From Octopus bimaculoides (lineage: Eukaryota), in NCBI RefSeq assembly GCF_001194135.2, contig NC_069004.1, positions 19,526,343 through 19,590,342 on the forward strand: DNA of 64,000 bases, in the 5' to 3' direction. The notes under the pieces were generated by a model. That model searched no databases, was not told the origin of the DNA, and worked only from the letters and a program-made list of their open reading frames with translations. This document shows positions 11,748 through 24,269 of this stretch, one piece after another; the stretch's first letter is position 1, and each line of letters opens with the position of its first letter. A program made the translations under genes and the position numbers.

Positions 11748-12327
11748 GTATGTAATGTATATATATATATATATATATATATATCTAATGTATATATACA
11801 CATGAACTAACACACACATCATCCATATATGAATACTTTCAACTTCCTCTCCATTTTTCTTTGATTCTTCTATTTTGGTAGAAGCAATTTTTTCTCCTTC
11901 TTACAGCTCCTAAATTGCCTCTTGTTTCTTTTCTCCCATGTCATTCCTTAACCTCTTTCTCTCTCTTTCTCTTGCTATGAAATTATATATCAGGAAAAGC
12001 AGCACCATTCTTGTGAAACCCACTAGTTACCTGGCGCTCTTCTTAAGTATTACTGGCTTGTTGGAGAGAGGCTTAGGGAGCTGAAAACTATAAGCTATCT
12101 ACAGATGACATCATCCAGCTTGGTCTGGTGTGTGTATATATATGTATGTATAAATGTGAGTTTATTTCCTGATAACAGATGTGTGTGTATCTTTATGTCT
12201 GAGCATATATATATATATTGTGTGTGCGTGTGTGTTCATTTGTGTGTGCATATGTGTATATGTATATATATCTATGTATATACATGCATACCTACTTAAG
12301 TATACATGTAACTTCATAATTGTACAG

Positions 12328-12416
<89 letters not shown>

Positions 12417-12506
12417 TTATGTGTGTACATGCATATATACATTATATATCTGTGTGTATGTATACACGTGCACACATACAGGCATACATATGCATATATA
12501 TATTCT

Positions 12507-12545
<39 letters not shown>

Positions 12546-12760
12546 GTGTGTACATGCATATATACATTATATGTGTGTATGTATGTATACACGTGCACAC
12601 ATACAGGCATACATATACATATATGTATTCTTATATAAATATATATTCTTATGTGTGTAGGTGTGTTTATACACATGCGCATATATATACACAGATATTC
12701 CTCTTTTTTTTTTTTTGTATATATGCATAGACACACATGCCTACATATCTCTGTTTATAT
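11140..12760. repeat. Compound (TA)n/(TG)n/(CA)n microsatellite field, with a ~120-bp higher-order duplication (about 12411-12520 and 12540-12645)
   Basis: Read directly. Similar fields lie at 19550-19805, 28455-28950, 39830-40080, 57680-57990, 60600-60810 and 61440-61800. Confidence 0.95.
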
Positions 12761-14240
12761 GTAGCCACATACTTTATACAGGCACTCACATAAATATAAG
12801 AAAAACAACAACCTTGCAATGCTGAAATGGGCTGTTATAAAGCACTCCACTGTCAGACCCACATCTCAGAACATATCATCATGGTTGGTGGAATGGTAGT
12901 TGTAATATGAAGCATGAATGTTCTTTAATTCCTGCTGCCAATAAATTTTTTTTTTTTTATTCATCGTTTTTTTTTTCTTCCTTTTTGTTAACTTTTCTTG
13001 TATGGTGAGTTAAGAGAGCTTGCTTTGCAGTAACATAGTTTTGGGTTCAGTCCCACTGCATGGCGTCTTGGATAAATATCTTTTACTATAACCCCAGGCT
13101 GACCAAAGTCTTGTAAGTGAATTTGGTTGTCGAAAACTGTGTGGACCCTAACCCTGTCATATCTATCTATCTATCTATCTATCTACCTATCCTTATCTAT
13201 CTCTCTCTATCTATCTATCCATTCCTATCTTTCTATCTATCCCTGTCTCTCTATGCGTGTGTGTGTATTTATTTGATTTCTTTGCATTTGTCTCCTGCCA
13301 CCACTTGAAAACTGGTGTTGCTTTGTTTATGGCCTCATAACTTAGCTGTTTGGTAAAAGTGACCAATAAAATAAGTACCAGACATTAAAAAAAAATAAAA
13401 ACAAAAAATGACTGGGATTGAGCTGTTTCTCTAAAAACCCTACAGGGTGGTGCTCCAGCATGGCTACAAAATAAAAGATAAATTCTATAACCATGTGATT
13501 AAGAAGTCCAGTTTGTGGTCACAAGGATCTGTTTTCAGTTTCCCCTATGAGGCACCTTGGGTGTATGGACTTACCTATAGTTTTGAGTTGGCTAATGCAT
13601 TGCAAGTGAAATTTGGTAGACAGAAACTGTCCAGAGGCCTATTTTATGTTTTTTTGTATCTTTGCATAAATGTTTACCTGTGGGAAAATAGTGTTAAGTT
13701 GTATCACAGGAGTGGCTGTGTGGTAAGAAGCTTGCTCCCCTATCACATGGTTCTGGGTTCAGTATCACTGCGTAGCACCTTGGGCAAGTGTCTTATACTA
13801 CAGCCTTGGGCCAGCTAAAGCCTTGTGAGTGGATTTGGTAGATGGAAACTGAGAGAAGCCTGTATGTATATATATAAATATATGTGTGTATATCATCATC
13901 ATCATCATCATCGTTTAACGTNNNNNNNNNNNNNNNNNNNNNNNNNNNNNNNNNNNNNNNNNNNNNNNNNNNNNNNNNNNNNNNNNNNNNNNNNNNNNNN
14001 NNNNNNNNNNNNNNNNNNNNNNNNNNNNNNNNNNNNNNNNNNNNNNNNNNNNNNNNNNNNNNNNNNNNNNNNNNNNNNNNNNNNNNNNNNNNAAATGAAG
14101 TATTGAATGTCTTATTGAATATATGGAATATGTCTTATTGAATATATGAAATATTGAGTGTTCAATATAAAGGAGTAAATATATAAATATATAAAGGCGA
14201 ATACGTGTTTTCTATACCTTGTGGTATTTCATCATGGCCG

Positions 14241-14279
14241 GTATGACAGACTGTAACAGACTGTTACAGTCTGTCATAC
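14241..14279. repeat. Perfect 19-bp palindrome with a 1-nt centre
   Basis: gtatgacagactgtaacag-a-ctgttacagtctgtcatac. Confidence 0.95.
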
Positions 14280-14367
14280 ATTAGAGTTGGAACTCTTTTA
14301 AATAAAATAATATATTCCTCTATACACGATCATACAAAACCCTTTTTTTTTTGTATTTATTTTTACT

Positions 14368-14410
<43 letters not shown>

Positions 14411-14649
14411 ATCTGAGTTTGTTCCCCCACCCCGTTACCACTTGACAACTGGTGTTGGTGTGCTTACGTCCCGTGTAACTTAGCGGTTCAGTGAAAGAGG
14501 CTGATAGAATACATACAAGACTTAAAAAATAAGTACTGGGGTCAATTCATTCAACTAAAAATTCGAGGTGGTGCCCCAGCATTGTCACAGTCTAATGGTT
14601 GAAACTGATAAAAGATGGTAATTTAGCCTTTCAGTAAATATAGCACTCT

Positions 14650-14905
14650 ACTGCTCTGCTTGGTGAAGCTGTACCAACAGAGATGCCCTCTCCATTGAGA
14701 ACTTGATTGCGGGAGCACACGGAAAATGTGAACTGCACAAGTCCAGAGCCAACTACTCACCTATATTCCCAGCAGACCACCAGTGCCTGACCTGTGGCAG
14801 AGCCTTCTGAGAGCATGCATCAGGCTGATTGGCCACAGTCAGGCACGCTGTGACCATCTTCTCTCATGTGATGTCGTTGGTCGTCATTGACAGTGATGGA
14901 TGAAC
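14650..14905 (+). mobile_element. RTE-clade LINE 3' end (C-terminal Cys/His motif and short 3'UTR)
   Basis: HQCLTCGRAF*, then after a frameshift ACIRLIGHSQAR, resembling CxxCGRxFRARIGLxxH. Ends gtcgttggtcgtcattgacagtgatggatgaac. Confidence 0.75.
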
Positions 14906-15242
14906 AGTATTGCTATTGGTCTTCAAGAAAATCTTGGACAGTGGGGTTCCTCGATTATCCCTAGAGGTCCTCCTGTATCAGGAGGGCTATATCGCTATCA
15001 TTCCCCACCCATCCCATTTTTTTTTTCTTTTTTAAACCTTTGTATACTATATATATGTCCTTTACTCTCCATTGTGTATACTTAAATTTTTTCTTTTTCT
15101 TTTTATAATTATTTTATCATTTCATTATATATAAACTCCCACACTTTATGTCTGTCTTTGTATTGTCCCCCCCGCCCATCCTTTGCCCTGATGGCAAATA
15201 AATGAAATAACCATCATCACCATTATTATTATTATTATTATT

Positions 15243-17230
15243 TGGCAGCGAGCTGGCAGAATTGTTATTATGCTGGACAAAATGCTTAGTGGCGTTTCAT
15301 CTGTTCCTACATTCTGAGTTCAAATTCCACCAAGGTTGACTTTGGTTTTCATCTTTTTGGGGTCAATAAAATAAGTACCAGTTGAACACTGGGGTCAATG
15401 AAATCACTCATCCCCCACCTCTCCCAAGCTGCCCTTGTGGCAAAAATTTGAAATAATAGTAATAATAATAATAATAATTATTATTATTAGGCAGCAAGCT
15501 GGCAGAAACGTTAGCCCGTGGGGCGAAATACTTAGCGGTATTTTGCCTGTCACTACGTTCTGAGTTCAAATTTCACCGAGGTTGACTTTGCCTTTCATCC
15601 TTTTGGGGTTGATTAAATAAGTACCAGTTATGCACTGGGGTCGATGTAATCGACTTAATCCATTTGTCTGTCTTTGTTTGTCCTCTCTATGTTTAGCCCC
15701 CTGTGGGCAATAAAGAAATAATTATTAGACAGCGAGCTGGCAGAATCGTTAGCACACTTAGTGGCATTTTGTCTGTTGCTATGTTCTGATTTCAAATTCC
15801 GCCAAGGTTGGCTTTGCCTTTAATCCTTTTGAGATTGATAAATTAAGTACCAGTGGAACACTGAGGCCGATGTAATCGACTATTCCCCTACCACAAATTT
15901 CTTGCCTTGTGCCTATAGTAGAAAGGATTATCATTATTATAAATATAGATCAATTTGAATAAGTATTAAGATTGATATGATTGACAGAAAGCCTTTGAAT
16001 ATGTTTCAGTGTGTATTGTCATTGGACTGCGGCATGGCTTCTGTCCAATGACTGAAACAAAATAGTAAACAAACTCTGTTCTTATTTAATCAGGAGGGTG
16101 GGGTAGGGGCCCTTTAATGTCTCCCAGTGGATTTCAGAAAATTTTGAACTTTAGTACTTGTTCCTCCATTTTCTTTTTCTATTTGTTATAAAAATTAGTG
16201 TTACTGTCTGTTGTACATATTTAAAAATATTGTTATTGTTCATTTTTAGAAGATTGAATTAAATGCTTTCCAGCTTTCAGATTTGTCTTATGATCTGAAT
16301 TATTCCTGTCTTCAGAAAAAGAAAATGTAGTTTAGTAGTTGTATAATTAATTAATTAATTATTATTATTAAGGCAGTGGAGGCAGCAAGCTGGCAGAATT
16401 GCTTAGCAGCATTTCATCTGTCTTTACATTCTGAGTTCAAATGCCGCCAGGATCAATTTGCCTTTCATTTTTTCAGGGTTGATAAAATAAGTACCAGTTG
16501 AGTACTAGGGTCGATCTAATTGACTTAGCCCCGCCCCCGAAAATGCTGGCCTTGTGCCAAAATTTGAAACTATGATTAAGACAGTGAGCTAGCACAATTG
16601 TTAGCACACCAGACAAAATACTTAGTGACATTTCTTTTAGCTTTATGTACCAAATTCAAATATCGCTGAAGTTGACTTTGCTTTTCATCCTTTCAGGGTC
16701 AATGAAATAAGTACCAGTTATGCACTGGGATCAGTGCAATTGACTGAGTTTCATGCCTTTTGCCTATAGTAGAAAAATATTGTTTTTATTTTTAATTGTT
16801 ACAGTTAGGGAGCAAGCTGGCAGAAATAATATAAGGCTGCGAGCTGGCAGAAACGTTGGCATGCCGGGCGAAATGCTTAGCGGTATTTCGTCTGCTGTTA
16901 CATTCTGAGTTCAAATTCCACCGAGGTTGACTTTGCCTTTCATCCTTTTGGGGACGATAAATTAAGTACCAGTTATGCACGGAGTCGGTGTAATCGACTT
17001 AATCGCTGTGTCTGTCCTGTTTGTCCCCTCTATGTTTAGCTCCTTGTGGGCAATAAAGAAATAAGAAATAGAGCATCAAAAAGGATACATTGTTGTAATT
17101 ATTGCAATCCTTTATGTTTTGAGTTCAAATCTCATTGAGGTGAACTTTCTCTTTCATACCTTTCAGGGTTGATAAAATAAAGTAGCAGTCTAGTACCAGT
17201 ATTGTCTACTCCTCTCTTTGTGCCTAAATT
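15243..17230 (+). mobile_element. Chain of 7-8 same-orientation SINE family B copies joined by (ATT)n/(AAT)n
   Basis: Repeated ggcagcgagctggcagaa..gttagc..aaatgcttagcggtattt..ttctgagttcaaattcc..gaggttgactttgcctttcatccttt..taagtaccagt heads at about 15243, 15490, 15727, 16371, 16578, 16805, 16833 and 17080. Confidence 0.88.
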
Positions 17231-17741
17231 AGAAGCATTTCTTAATTATTCTAGTAAAAATTACCTCAACATAAAAGCAACAAGGCTTTTTAAATATTTT
17301 CTTGCTGAGGTACAAATGGAAATGTTTTGTGAAAAAATTTGGAGTGTCTCTTCTATTTTCACATTAATTCTTTTTGCTTATATTGGTGGTCCTCAGCTGG
17401 GGTCCATATGACCCTTACAGGGTCCATATAACATTTTGTTAAAATTTATCTGCAATAAATTGGTTATACTATTACAATACACAAAATATTTTAACAATTT
17501 TTAAAATACAATTCCTAATAATATATAGGATTTTTTCTAAAACATTGGATGGTTATAGGAGTCAAAGTAGTATAAAATAGGGATCAAAGATGTCCATAAG
17601 TGAAAAAGAATGGGCAACACTGGGTTATATCATCAATTACTGAGCATTTTTGTAACAGAAGCATAATCACTCAGTTTAACTATAACTGCAAGATATAAAT
17701 GGTCTGAAAGAACAGCATGTTTATTGTTTCTTCCTTATCAG

Positions 17742-17772
17742 CATTACAGCTTGGGTGACTGACAACTGGTGG
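17742..17772 (+). other. Candidate 31-nt exon, ITAWVTDNWW
   Basis: tttcttccttatcag|CATTACAGCTTGGGTGACTGACAACTGGTGG|gtgagg. Confidence 0.25.
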
Positions 17773-18160
17773 GTGAGGAGTTGTTAACTTCCCATACTAG
17801 CGTTTGGCATTTGGGGAATTGTATCACTGTTATAGGAATATAAAGGTCTTTGTGGTTTCTATCATTGGACTGTGGCCATACTGGGGCACCACCTTGAAAG
17901 ATTTAGTTGCATAATTGAATACATTGCTCTCAGTCGTTTTCTTTTTTTTATTATCTAACTGTTAAACTCTGACTAAATTGTAAGCCTATCAGTTATTCTG
18001 TTGGTATCTTTTTGTGAAACTGCCAAGTCAGAGGGATGTAAATAAACCAACACTGGTTGTCAAGGAGTGGTGGGATACAAACAAAAGCATGCCAATGCAT
18101 GAAACTCTCAGACCTTGAGTCACTCTTGCTTCTGCTGAATATTAATAAAAATCTATCTAT

Positions 18161-18197
<37 letters not shown>

Positions 18198-18199
18198 GA

Positions 18200-18380
18200 A
18201 TAATCTCTCGATTATCATGGGTGTTACATCCCCCCCCCCCCGTGATAGGTGAAAATCCGCGAAGTAGAAACAGTACTGTATATTTTTAAAAATTATTTTT
18301 ATAATTTGTATATATTTATTTTATTATAAATGCAAAACAACACCATGGAGTAAACAACATAAGCTTAAATAATAAACCAC
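18200..18380 (+). mobile_element. Tigger/pogo-type MITE 5' end, nested in a minus-strand SINE A (17850-18600)
   Basis: taatctctcgattatcatgggtgttacat...cgtgataggtgaaaatccgcgaagtagaaac resembles the Tigger-like terminus cagtaatccctcgNNtatcgcg. Confidence 0.55.
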
Positions 18381-18395
18381 AATATGGCGAGGTAT

Positions 18396-18439
<44 letters not shown>

Positions 18440-19731
18440 TGGGCTTCTTTCAGTTTCTGTCTACCAAATTCACTCACAAGGCTTTGGTTGGCCCAGGGCT
18501 ATACTAGAAGACACTTGTCCAAAGTGCCACATACTAGAGCTGAACCTCAAACCATGTAGTTGGGAAGCAAACTTCTTACCACACAGCCACAACTGTGCCT
18601 GTGTGTGTACATATATTTTTAATATACTCTTGCACATTAAAGCATGAATGGTCATATAAAGAGAGTTTAGAATTTAAGACAGAGAATTATTTATCTTCGT
18701 TCATTAAACTATTTATTGATTTATTTTACAATTTAGTCGTCAGAGTTTGAAACTAAAATTGTTGATATCCTTTGACTCTGCACATGGCTAATTATTGATC
18801 TTCATTTTCAGTAGTTTAAAGTCAAAATTTTAGGAGTTGATGATACTTTTCATTTTGTTATTTTCTTAAATTAACTTGTATAATTAACTCTTAATGGTCT
18901 GGAATGAATTAGTAAAATATAAGTAATACATTCTGACTGATACACCTGCTTCATATTTCTCTCTTTTTGTCTTTCCTAATCACAAGAAATTCTTTGTTTC
19001 CTAATGTCATGTATTGTCTCTAGATACAGCAACAAGACTAATTTTATTTCTCTGTAGAATATGAAGAAAGTAGTGCTGATCTTAATTAGTAAATAGTGTG
19101 TAAAGATATGTTTGCACTGTGGAATAAATTACTTGAGTTCAAATCTCATGGGGGACCCTGCCAACACAATAAAATTAGCATGAGGAAGTGGAGTTATTTC
19201 CAGAACATTCTCCACAATTACCAAATCGGGCCTCATAAGCTATTAAAGAAATTCAGTTTTTTAGTGTTTAGCCTTGTGTGTTTTGCATTAGAAGTGCTGG
19301 ATCACTGGGATATTTACACATCATCATTGTCATCATCATCATCATTTTGATGTCAACGTCTCCATACCAACATAATTTAATGTCAGCTTGTCGGAGAAGA
19401 TTTTCTACAGCTGGATGCCCTTCTTGTCACCAAACCTCAACTATTTTCAAGTAAAGTAATATTTCGTCTATGATCAGATATTTTCATGGAAAGTTGGAAA
19501 TAGGACACCATTTACATGATGATGTCACTTGTTTACAACTATCGTGTAAGACACACACACATGCATGCACACACATACATTTATACACAAATACACATGC
19601 ATACATATATATATCCACACAACATATATTTATCTCCATGTATCCACATATATGTATATATCTATATCTATCTACATATATATATATATATCCATGTATC
19701 CACATATATGTATATATCTATATCTATCTAC

Positions 19732-19764
<33 letters not shown>

Positions 19765-22234
19765 AACATATATATACATGCGTGTGCACACACACACACA
19801 TATATGACGGGCTTCTTTTGGTTTCTGTCTACCAAATCCACTCACAAAGATTTGGTCGGCCTGGGGCTATAGTTGAAAGCACTTGCCAAGGTGCCACACA
19901 GTGGGACTGAACGCCAGAGCCATGTGGTTGAGAAGCAAGCTTCTTACCACACAGCCACGCCTGCACCCATATTCACACTTCATGATCTAAGTATGTGTGA
20001 GACGGAGACAGACCGATTCTGATAATGTCTTTTCTGACACAGTTATAATGTTTGTACTGAATGTAAGCCCTAAATATTAGCAATATTGAATATGCAAGAA
20101 GAGACATAGTGTAGGAAAGCAAACCGAATATATAAGCATGTGATATGTTTATTGATTGGGAATACTGTCATTTGATAGTCTAGCTCTCTCTTCCTCCCTT
20201 CTCCCGCACTCAATTGTACTTTCCACTCACACACATGTCAAAATGGTGGTACAGATTCAGTATGTTAAACTGCATTATCCTCAGCTATTGTTATTATTGT
20301 GCTGTGCCCAGTATTCCTCCTATCTTCTTCATTCAGTCAGTTCTCAAAATGGGACTTTGATTTGTGGGTAGGTTTTGTTTAGTTACATCCTGTCCTTAAC
20401 TCTTTAGGCTTCAGATTATTCTGTCAAATGTAATGCTTTTTTTTTTTTTATAGGCTCAGACATGGCTGTGTGGTAAGAAGCTAGCTTCCCTACCACATGG
20501 TTCTGGGTTCAGTCCCACTGCGTGGCACCTTGGGCAAGTAACTTTGACTATAGCCTCAGGCCGGCCAAAGCTTTGAATGGATTTGGTTGATGGAAACTGA
20601 AAGAAGCCCATTATACGTGTGTGTGTATGTATGTATATATATAAATAATAAGGGTGGCTTGTTAGCAATTTTTCAACCAAAGGCAAAAATATATATGTTA
20701 CTAAAGCAGCTGAGGATGCTATTCAATACCAGTATTGCTAGAAATAAGAGTCAAAACAATAAGCACCATCTTGTTGACTGACAAGGAAGGCAAGCTCCCT
20801 GTCTGGTGCTTAAGGAGCTTGCTTCCCTTGACAGTCAATAAGATGGTGCTTATTGTGGCCATGAGTTATTTTGACTCTTATTTGTGGTGCTCCAGTATGG
20901 CCAGTCAAATGACTGAAACAAGTAAAAGAATGAAAGAATTGTTTTGAATTATTTATGCAAGATTTTGATGATGTGATGTTTTGCTTTCTGAATGACATTG
21001 TAGGGTGGGTGTGAGAGGCCAAATCTGGCCAGTTTAAACATAAAACCTGTAGAATATTTAAATCAGATGCAGCAGGTGTACATGCTAAACGATTAAACTT
21101 ACGGAGCAACTAACATGCTTCAGTGTTTTGTGAAGTTGTTATGTTCACTCTACTGGCATAGTTTGTTTGGGAATTTAACCATTTCTCATGAGTTTTGAGG
21201 TATGTAGGTGTATTTTGGTGGCTAAATGTGGAATTCCTTCTAATCCACTACTCATCTACTTTGAAGTGAGACTTGTATCTAATTTCTGGCTTACAAAAAA
21301 TGCTGTTGGAAACTACTTAATCCTCAATAAGTTCTGAGTAATTAAGAGGAAGTTTTGATGTTTTCTGTTTGTTTAAATTTACGAGAAACCCGTTGGTCAT
21401 AATTTAATCATTTTTAGTGTTTTGGAGACTAATGGATTATTTAACATTACTGCTGTCAATTACAAAACGAAAAAAAATAAGAACAAATAATAAAAATAAT
21501 GTAGGCTAAATCTGCTTGGTATATATATTTATCTATAACAGCTGCTATATGCACTGGTTTTGTGCAGTTGCAGGTTGGTGTGACGCTACAACAATCCAAG
21601 CAGGTATTTCTGTCAAGGCAGCAGAAATTATTTTTATTTTATTTTTTTTTTCAAATCAGATTTATATCCATGTTAGCAGGTTTAATGTCAGACTGTAAAA
21701 GATCATGTTCTTTCTTGATAATAAAACTTAATTTATATAATAATTTTGTATTTGAATCTCATTCATGTCATAACCTCTTGCTATAGTTGATTTCAGTATA
21801 TGACACAAAGGTGTTCCAAACACGACTGGAGACTTCATTTTCTTTTCTTTTTTTTTTTAATGATTTTGATTTCAAAACTAATTGGAACAAATTCTTTAAT
21901 GACTTAATGGCCATTCTTTGGAATAAAGCTTTCGTTCCCAATTAAGTAACAATCAAGTTCACTTTCTTCTTTTCTCATTTTAAATGGCTGTTGTATTCTT
22001 GATTGAATATTGCACAGTAAAAACAGTAAGCATTTGATGAGGGATCCAGATATGACTTTGTCTCCATTTTATTTCTCTTTAGTAAAGGGTAAATACCTTT
22101 GGGATTAGTATGAGCAACATATATTCCATTCACATCCTTGATGCATAACTGCAGAAAACAATTGCAACATAGACAGGTGGGGTGCATTGCAACATAGCAC
22201 CCCTTCCTCCACTCCCGAGAGATTAGCGGTATCA

Positions 22235-22438
22235 TTAACCCTCTTAATTCCAACCCGCCTGAGACCACTCTTGGTTATATGAATCGAACTTCCTGGTTTA
22301 AACGTCTGTCATAATTTCATGTTAATTTATGTCTCAGCTTAAGAATGCCAGTTATTTTGCTGAATTCTTTGTTATTTCCAAAATTAATTGAAACAAAGGC
22401 AATGTATTTTAATAGAAATATGGTAATGAAAGGGTTAA
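22235..22438 (+). mobile_element. TTAA-ended MITE family G; related pieces at 22499-22590, 35010-35060 and 35290-35420
   Basis: TTAA-ccctcttaattcc...tggtaatgaaaggg-TTAA. Confidence 0.75.
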
Positions 22439-22585
22439 ATGCTATGTTCAGGAACTAGTGTGGTTTGATTACTCACAGTCTACTTAGAAATTCATTCTTA
22501 ACCCTTTTGATATCAACCTGCCTGAGACTGCCTGTACTAAATTATATTTAAATATTCAAATTATAAAATCTTCATCAAAATCTTT

Positions 22586-23225
22586 TTAACCCTTTAGCAT
22601 TTAAACTGGCCATATATGGCCCAAATATTTTACCTGTTTTATGTTCAAACCAGCCATAAGGTCTCTCACACCTACCCTACACTGTCCTTCTAAAAATAAA
22701 CAATCACAACATCAAAATCTCAAAGCTACAGGCGCGGGAGTGGCTGTGTGGTAAGTAGCTTGCTTACCAACCACATGGTTCTGGATTCAGTCCCACTGCG
22801 TGGCACCTTTGGCAAGTGTCTTCTACTATAGCCTCGGGCCAACCAAAGCTTTGTGAGTGGATTCGGTAGACAGAAACGGAAAGAAGCCCGTCGTATATAT
22901 GTATATATATATATATATAGATATGTATGTGTGTGTATATGTTTGTGTGTCTGTGTTTGTCCCCCCAACATTGCTTGACAACCGATGCTGGTGTGTTTAC
23001 GTCCCCGTAACTTAGCGGTTCGGCAAAAGAGACCGATAGAATAAGTACTAGGCTTCCAAAGAATAAGTCCTGGGTCGATTTGCTCAACTAAAGGCGGTGC
23101 TCCAGCATGGCTGCAGTCAAATGACTGAAACGAGTAAAAGAGTAAGGTAATGCATAATTAATTCAAAACAATGTGAATAAATAAGCAATACATTTCTCAA
23201 AGAAATCTGAATGTTAAAGGGTTAA
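22586..23225 (+). mobile_element. MITE family F interrupted by a full-length SINE A
   Basis: The left half ends ...caaagctaca at 22730 and the right half resumes at aggtaatgcataattaattcaaaac (about 23145). TTAA is present at both ends. Confidence 0.85.
22731..23144 (+). mobile_element. tRNA-derived SINE family A, full length with an internal (TA/TG)n tract; other full copies at 29261-29645(+), 33360-33730(-), 35424-35955(+), 36469-36868(+), 43090-43480(-), 49202-49570(+), 50405-50750(+)
   Basis: A-box-like ggctgtgtggtaag, B-box-like ggttcagtccc, conserved body, and gtaaaaga tail. Copies are mutually very similar. Confidence 0.9.
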
Positions 23226-23554
23226 AATATGAATCAAATTATGAGATTTCTGTTGGTCAATATCAGCATAATGTACTTTTATATAAAGTTACAGAAAGCT
23301 TAGTAAGTTCCTTCAAAATCTGATTATATTAAAAATTAACTGAAATATAAATGCAGGTAATTTATTCCAAATTTAGTCATGAAAGAGCCAAGTTAGAGTG
23401 TACAATTATTTGTATCTCCTCCTGCCAAAGCTTTGTGGGTATATTTTGGTTGGAGGAAACTGTGTGTACATGTATTTGTCTCTCCCACCACTTGACAACC
23501 GGTGCTGGTTTATGTCCCCATAACTTGGCAATCTGGCAAAAGATGGTAGTCACC

Positions 23555-24020
23555 ACATGGTCATTTTCTTTCTCAATGCATATGAATGAGGATAGTTGCA
23601 TCAAGAGGTGCCGATCTCTAATAGTAGAAAGAACATGTGGAAGGGGTAAACCCAGGAAGACAAAGTGGTGAGAAGTGATCTACAAATGTTGGGACTCACA
23701 GAGGAGATGATAGGGGACCAAGTCTCTTGGCGGTTTGCTGTGTTTGAGAAGACGCGTCAAGCCAAGTAAAAGCGTGTTTGCCCTTGCAGCCCTCTCCAGC
23801 TGAGCATCCCTAATCTTGTGGGCTTGTAAGTGCTGGTGCCACATAAAATGCACCTAAAACACTCTGTAAAGTGGTTGGCGTTAGGAAAGGTGTCAGTCAT
23901 AGAAACCATGCCAAAACAGACGTGGAGCTTGAACAGCCCTTCAGTTGGTCAGCTCCTGTCAAACTGTCCAACCCATGCCAGCATGGAAAACAGAGAGTAA
24001 ATGATGATAATGATGATGAA
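23555..24020 (+). mobile_element. RTE-clade LINE 3' end (ORF C-terminus, 3'UTR and (GAT)n tail)
   Basis: EDSCIKRCRSLIVERTCGRGKPRKT, then after a frameshift RSDLQMLGLTEEMIGDQVSWRFAVFEKTR. This matches the RTE C-terminus GRGRPRKTW..DL..LGLTE.M..DR..W. Confidence 0.8.
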
Positions 24021-24269
24021 CTAAGAGGCAGATTTCAATTTATTTACAATTTTTATGCATAAGTTACTTTTATGTTAACACTTACCTTTATCATTCTCAG
24101 TCTTTAGTTTGGTCATGAAGTTTCATTTGCCTGGTTTTCTTAAGGGAAAAAAATTTTTTTTTTTTCCTTGATATCTGCTATATTTACACATTGTCAGGAA
24201 GTGCTGATTACTGGATAAAAGAATGTACACATATGAGTGCTCAATAAAAATGCTGTAGAGCTATGAAAT

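Noticed and set aside
11229-12736. Many ORFs of the YIYI/CVCV/HTHT type (also 19470-19910, 28397-29143, 39790-40179, 57680-58021, 61039-61757)
   Set aside because: They are translations of dinucleotide microsatellites, which lack stops in most frames.
24086-24138. Minus-strand splice pairs here and at 47653-47718
   Set aside because: Stops occur in all three frames. They show that good-looking splice pairs arise by chance in this AT-rich DNA, which is why the exon candidates are given low confidence.
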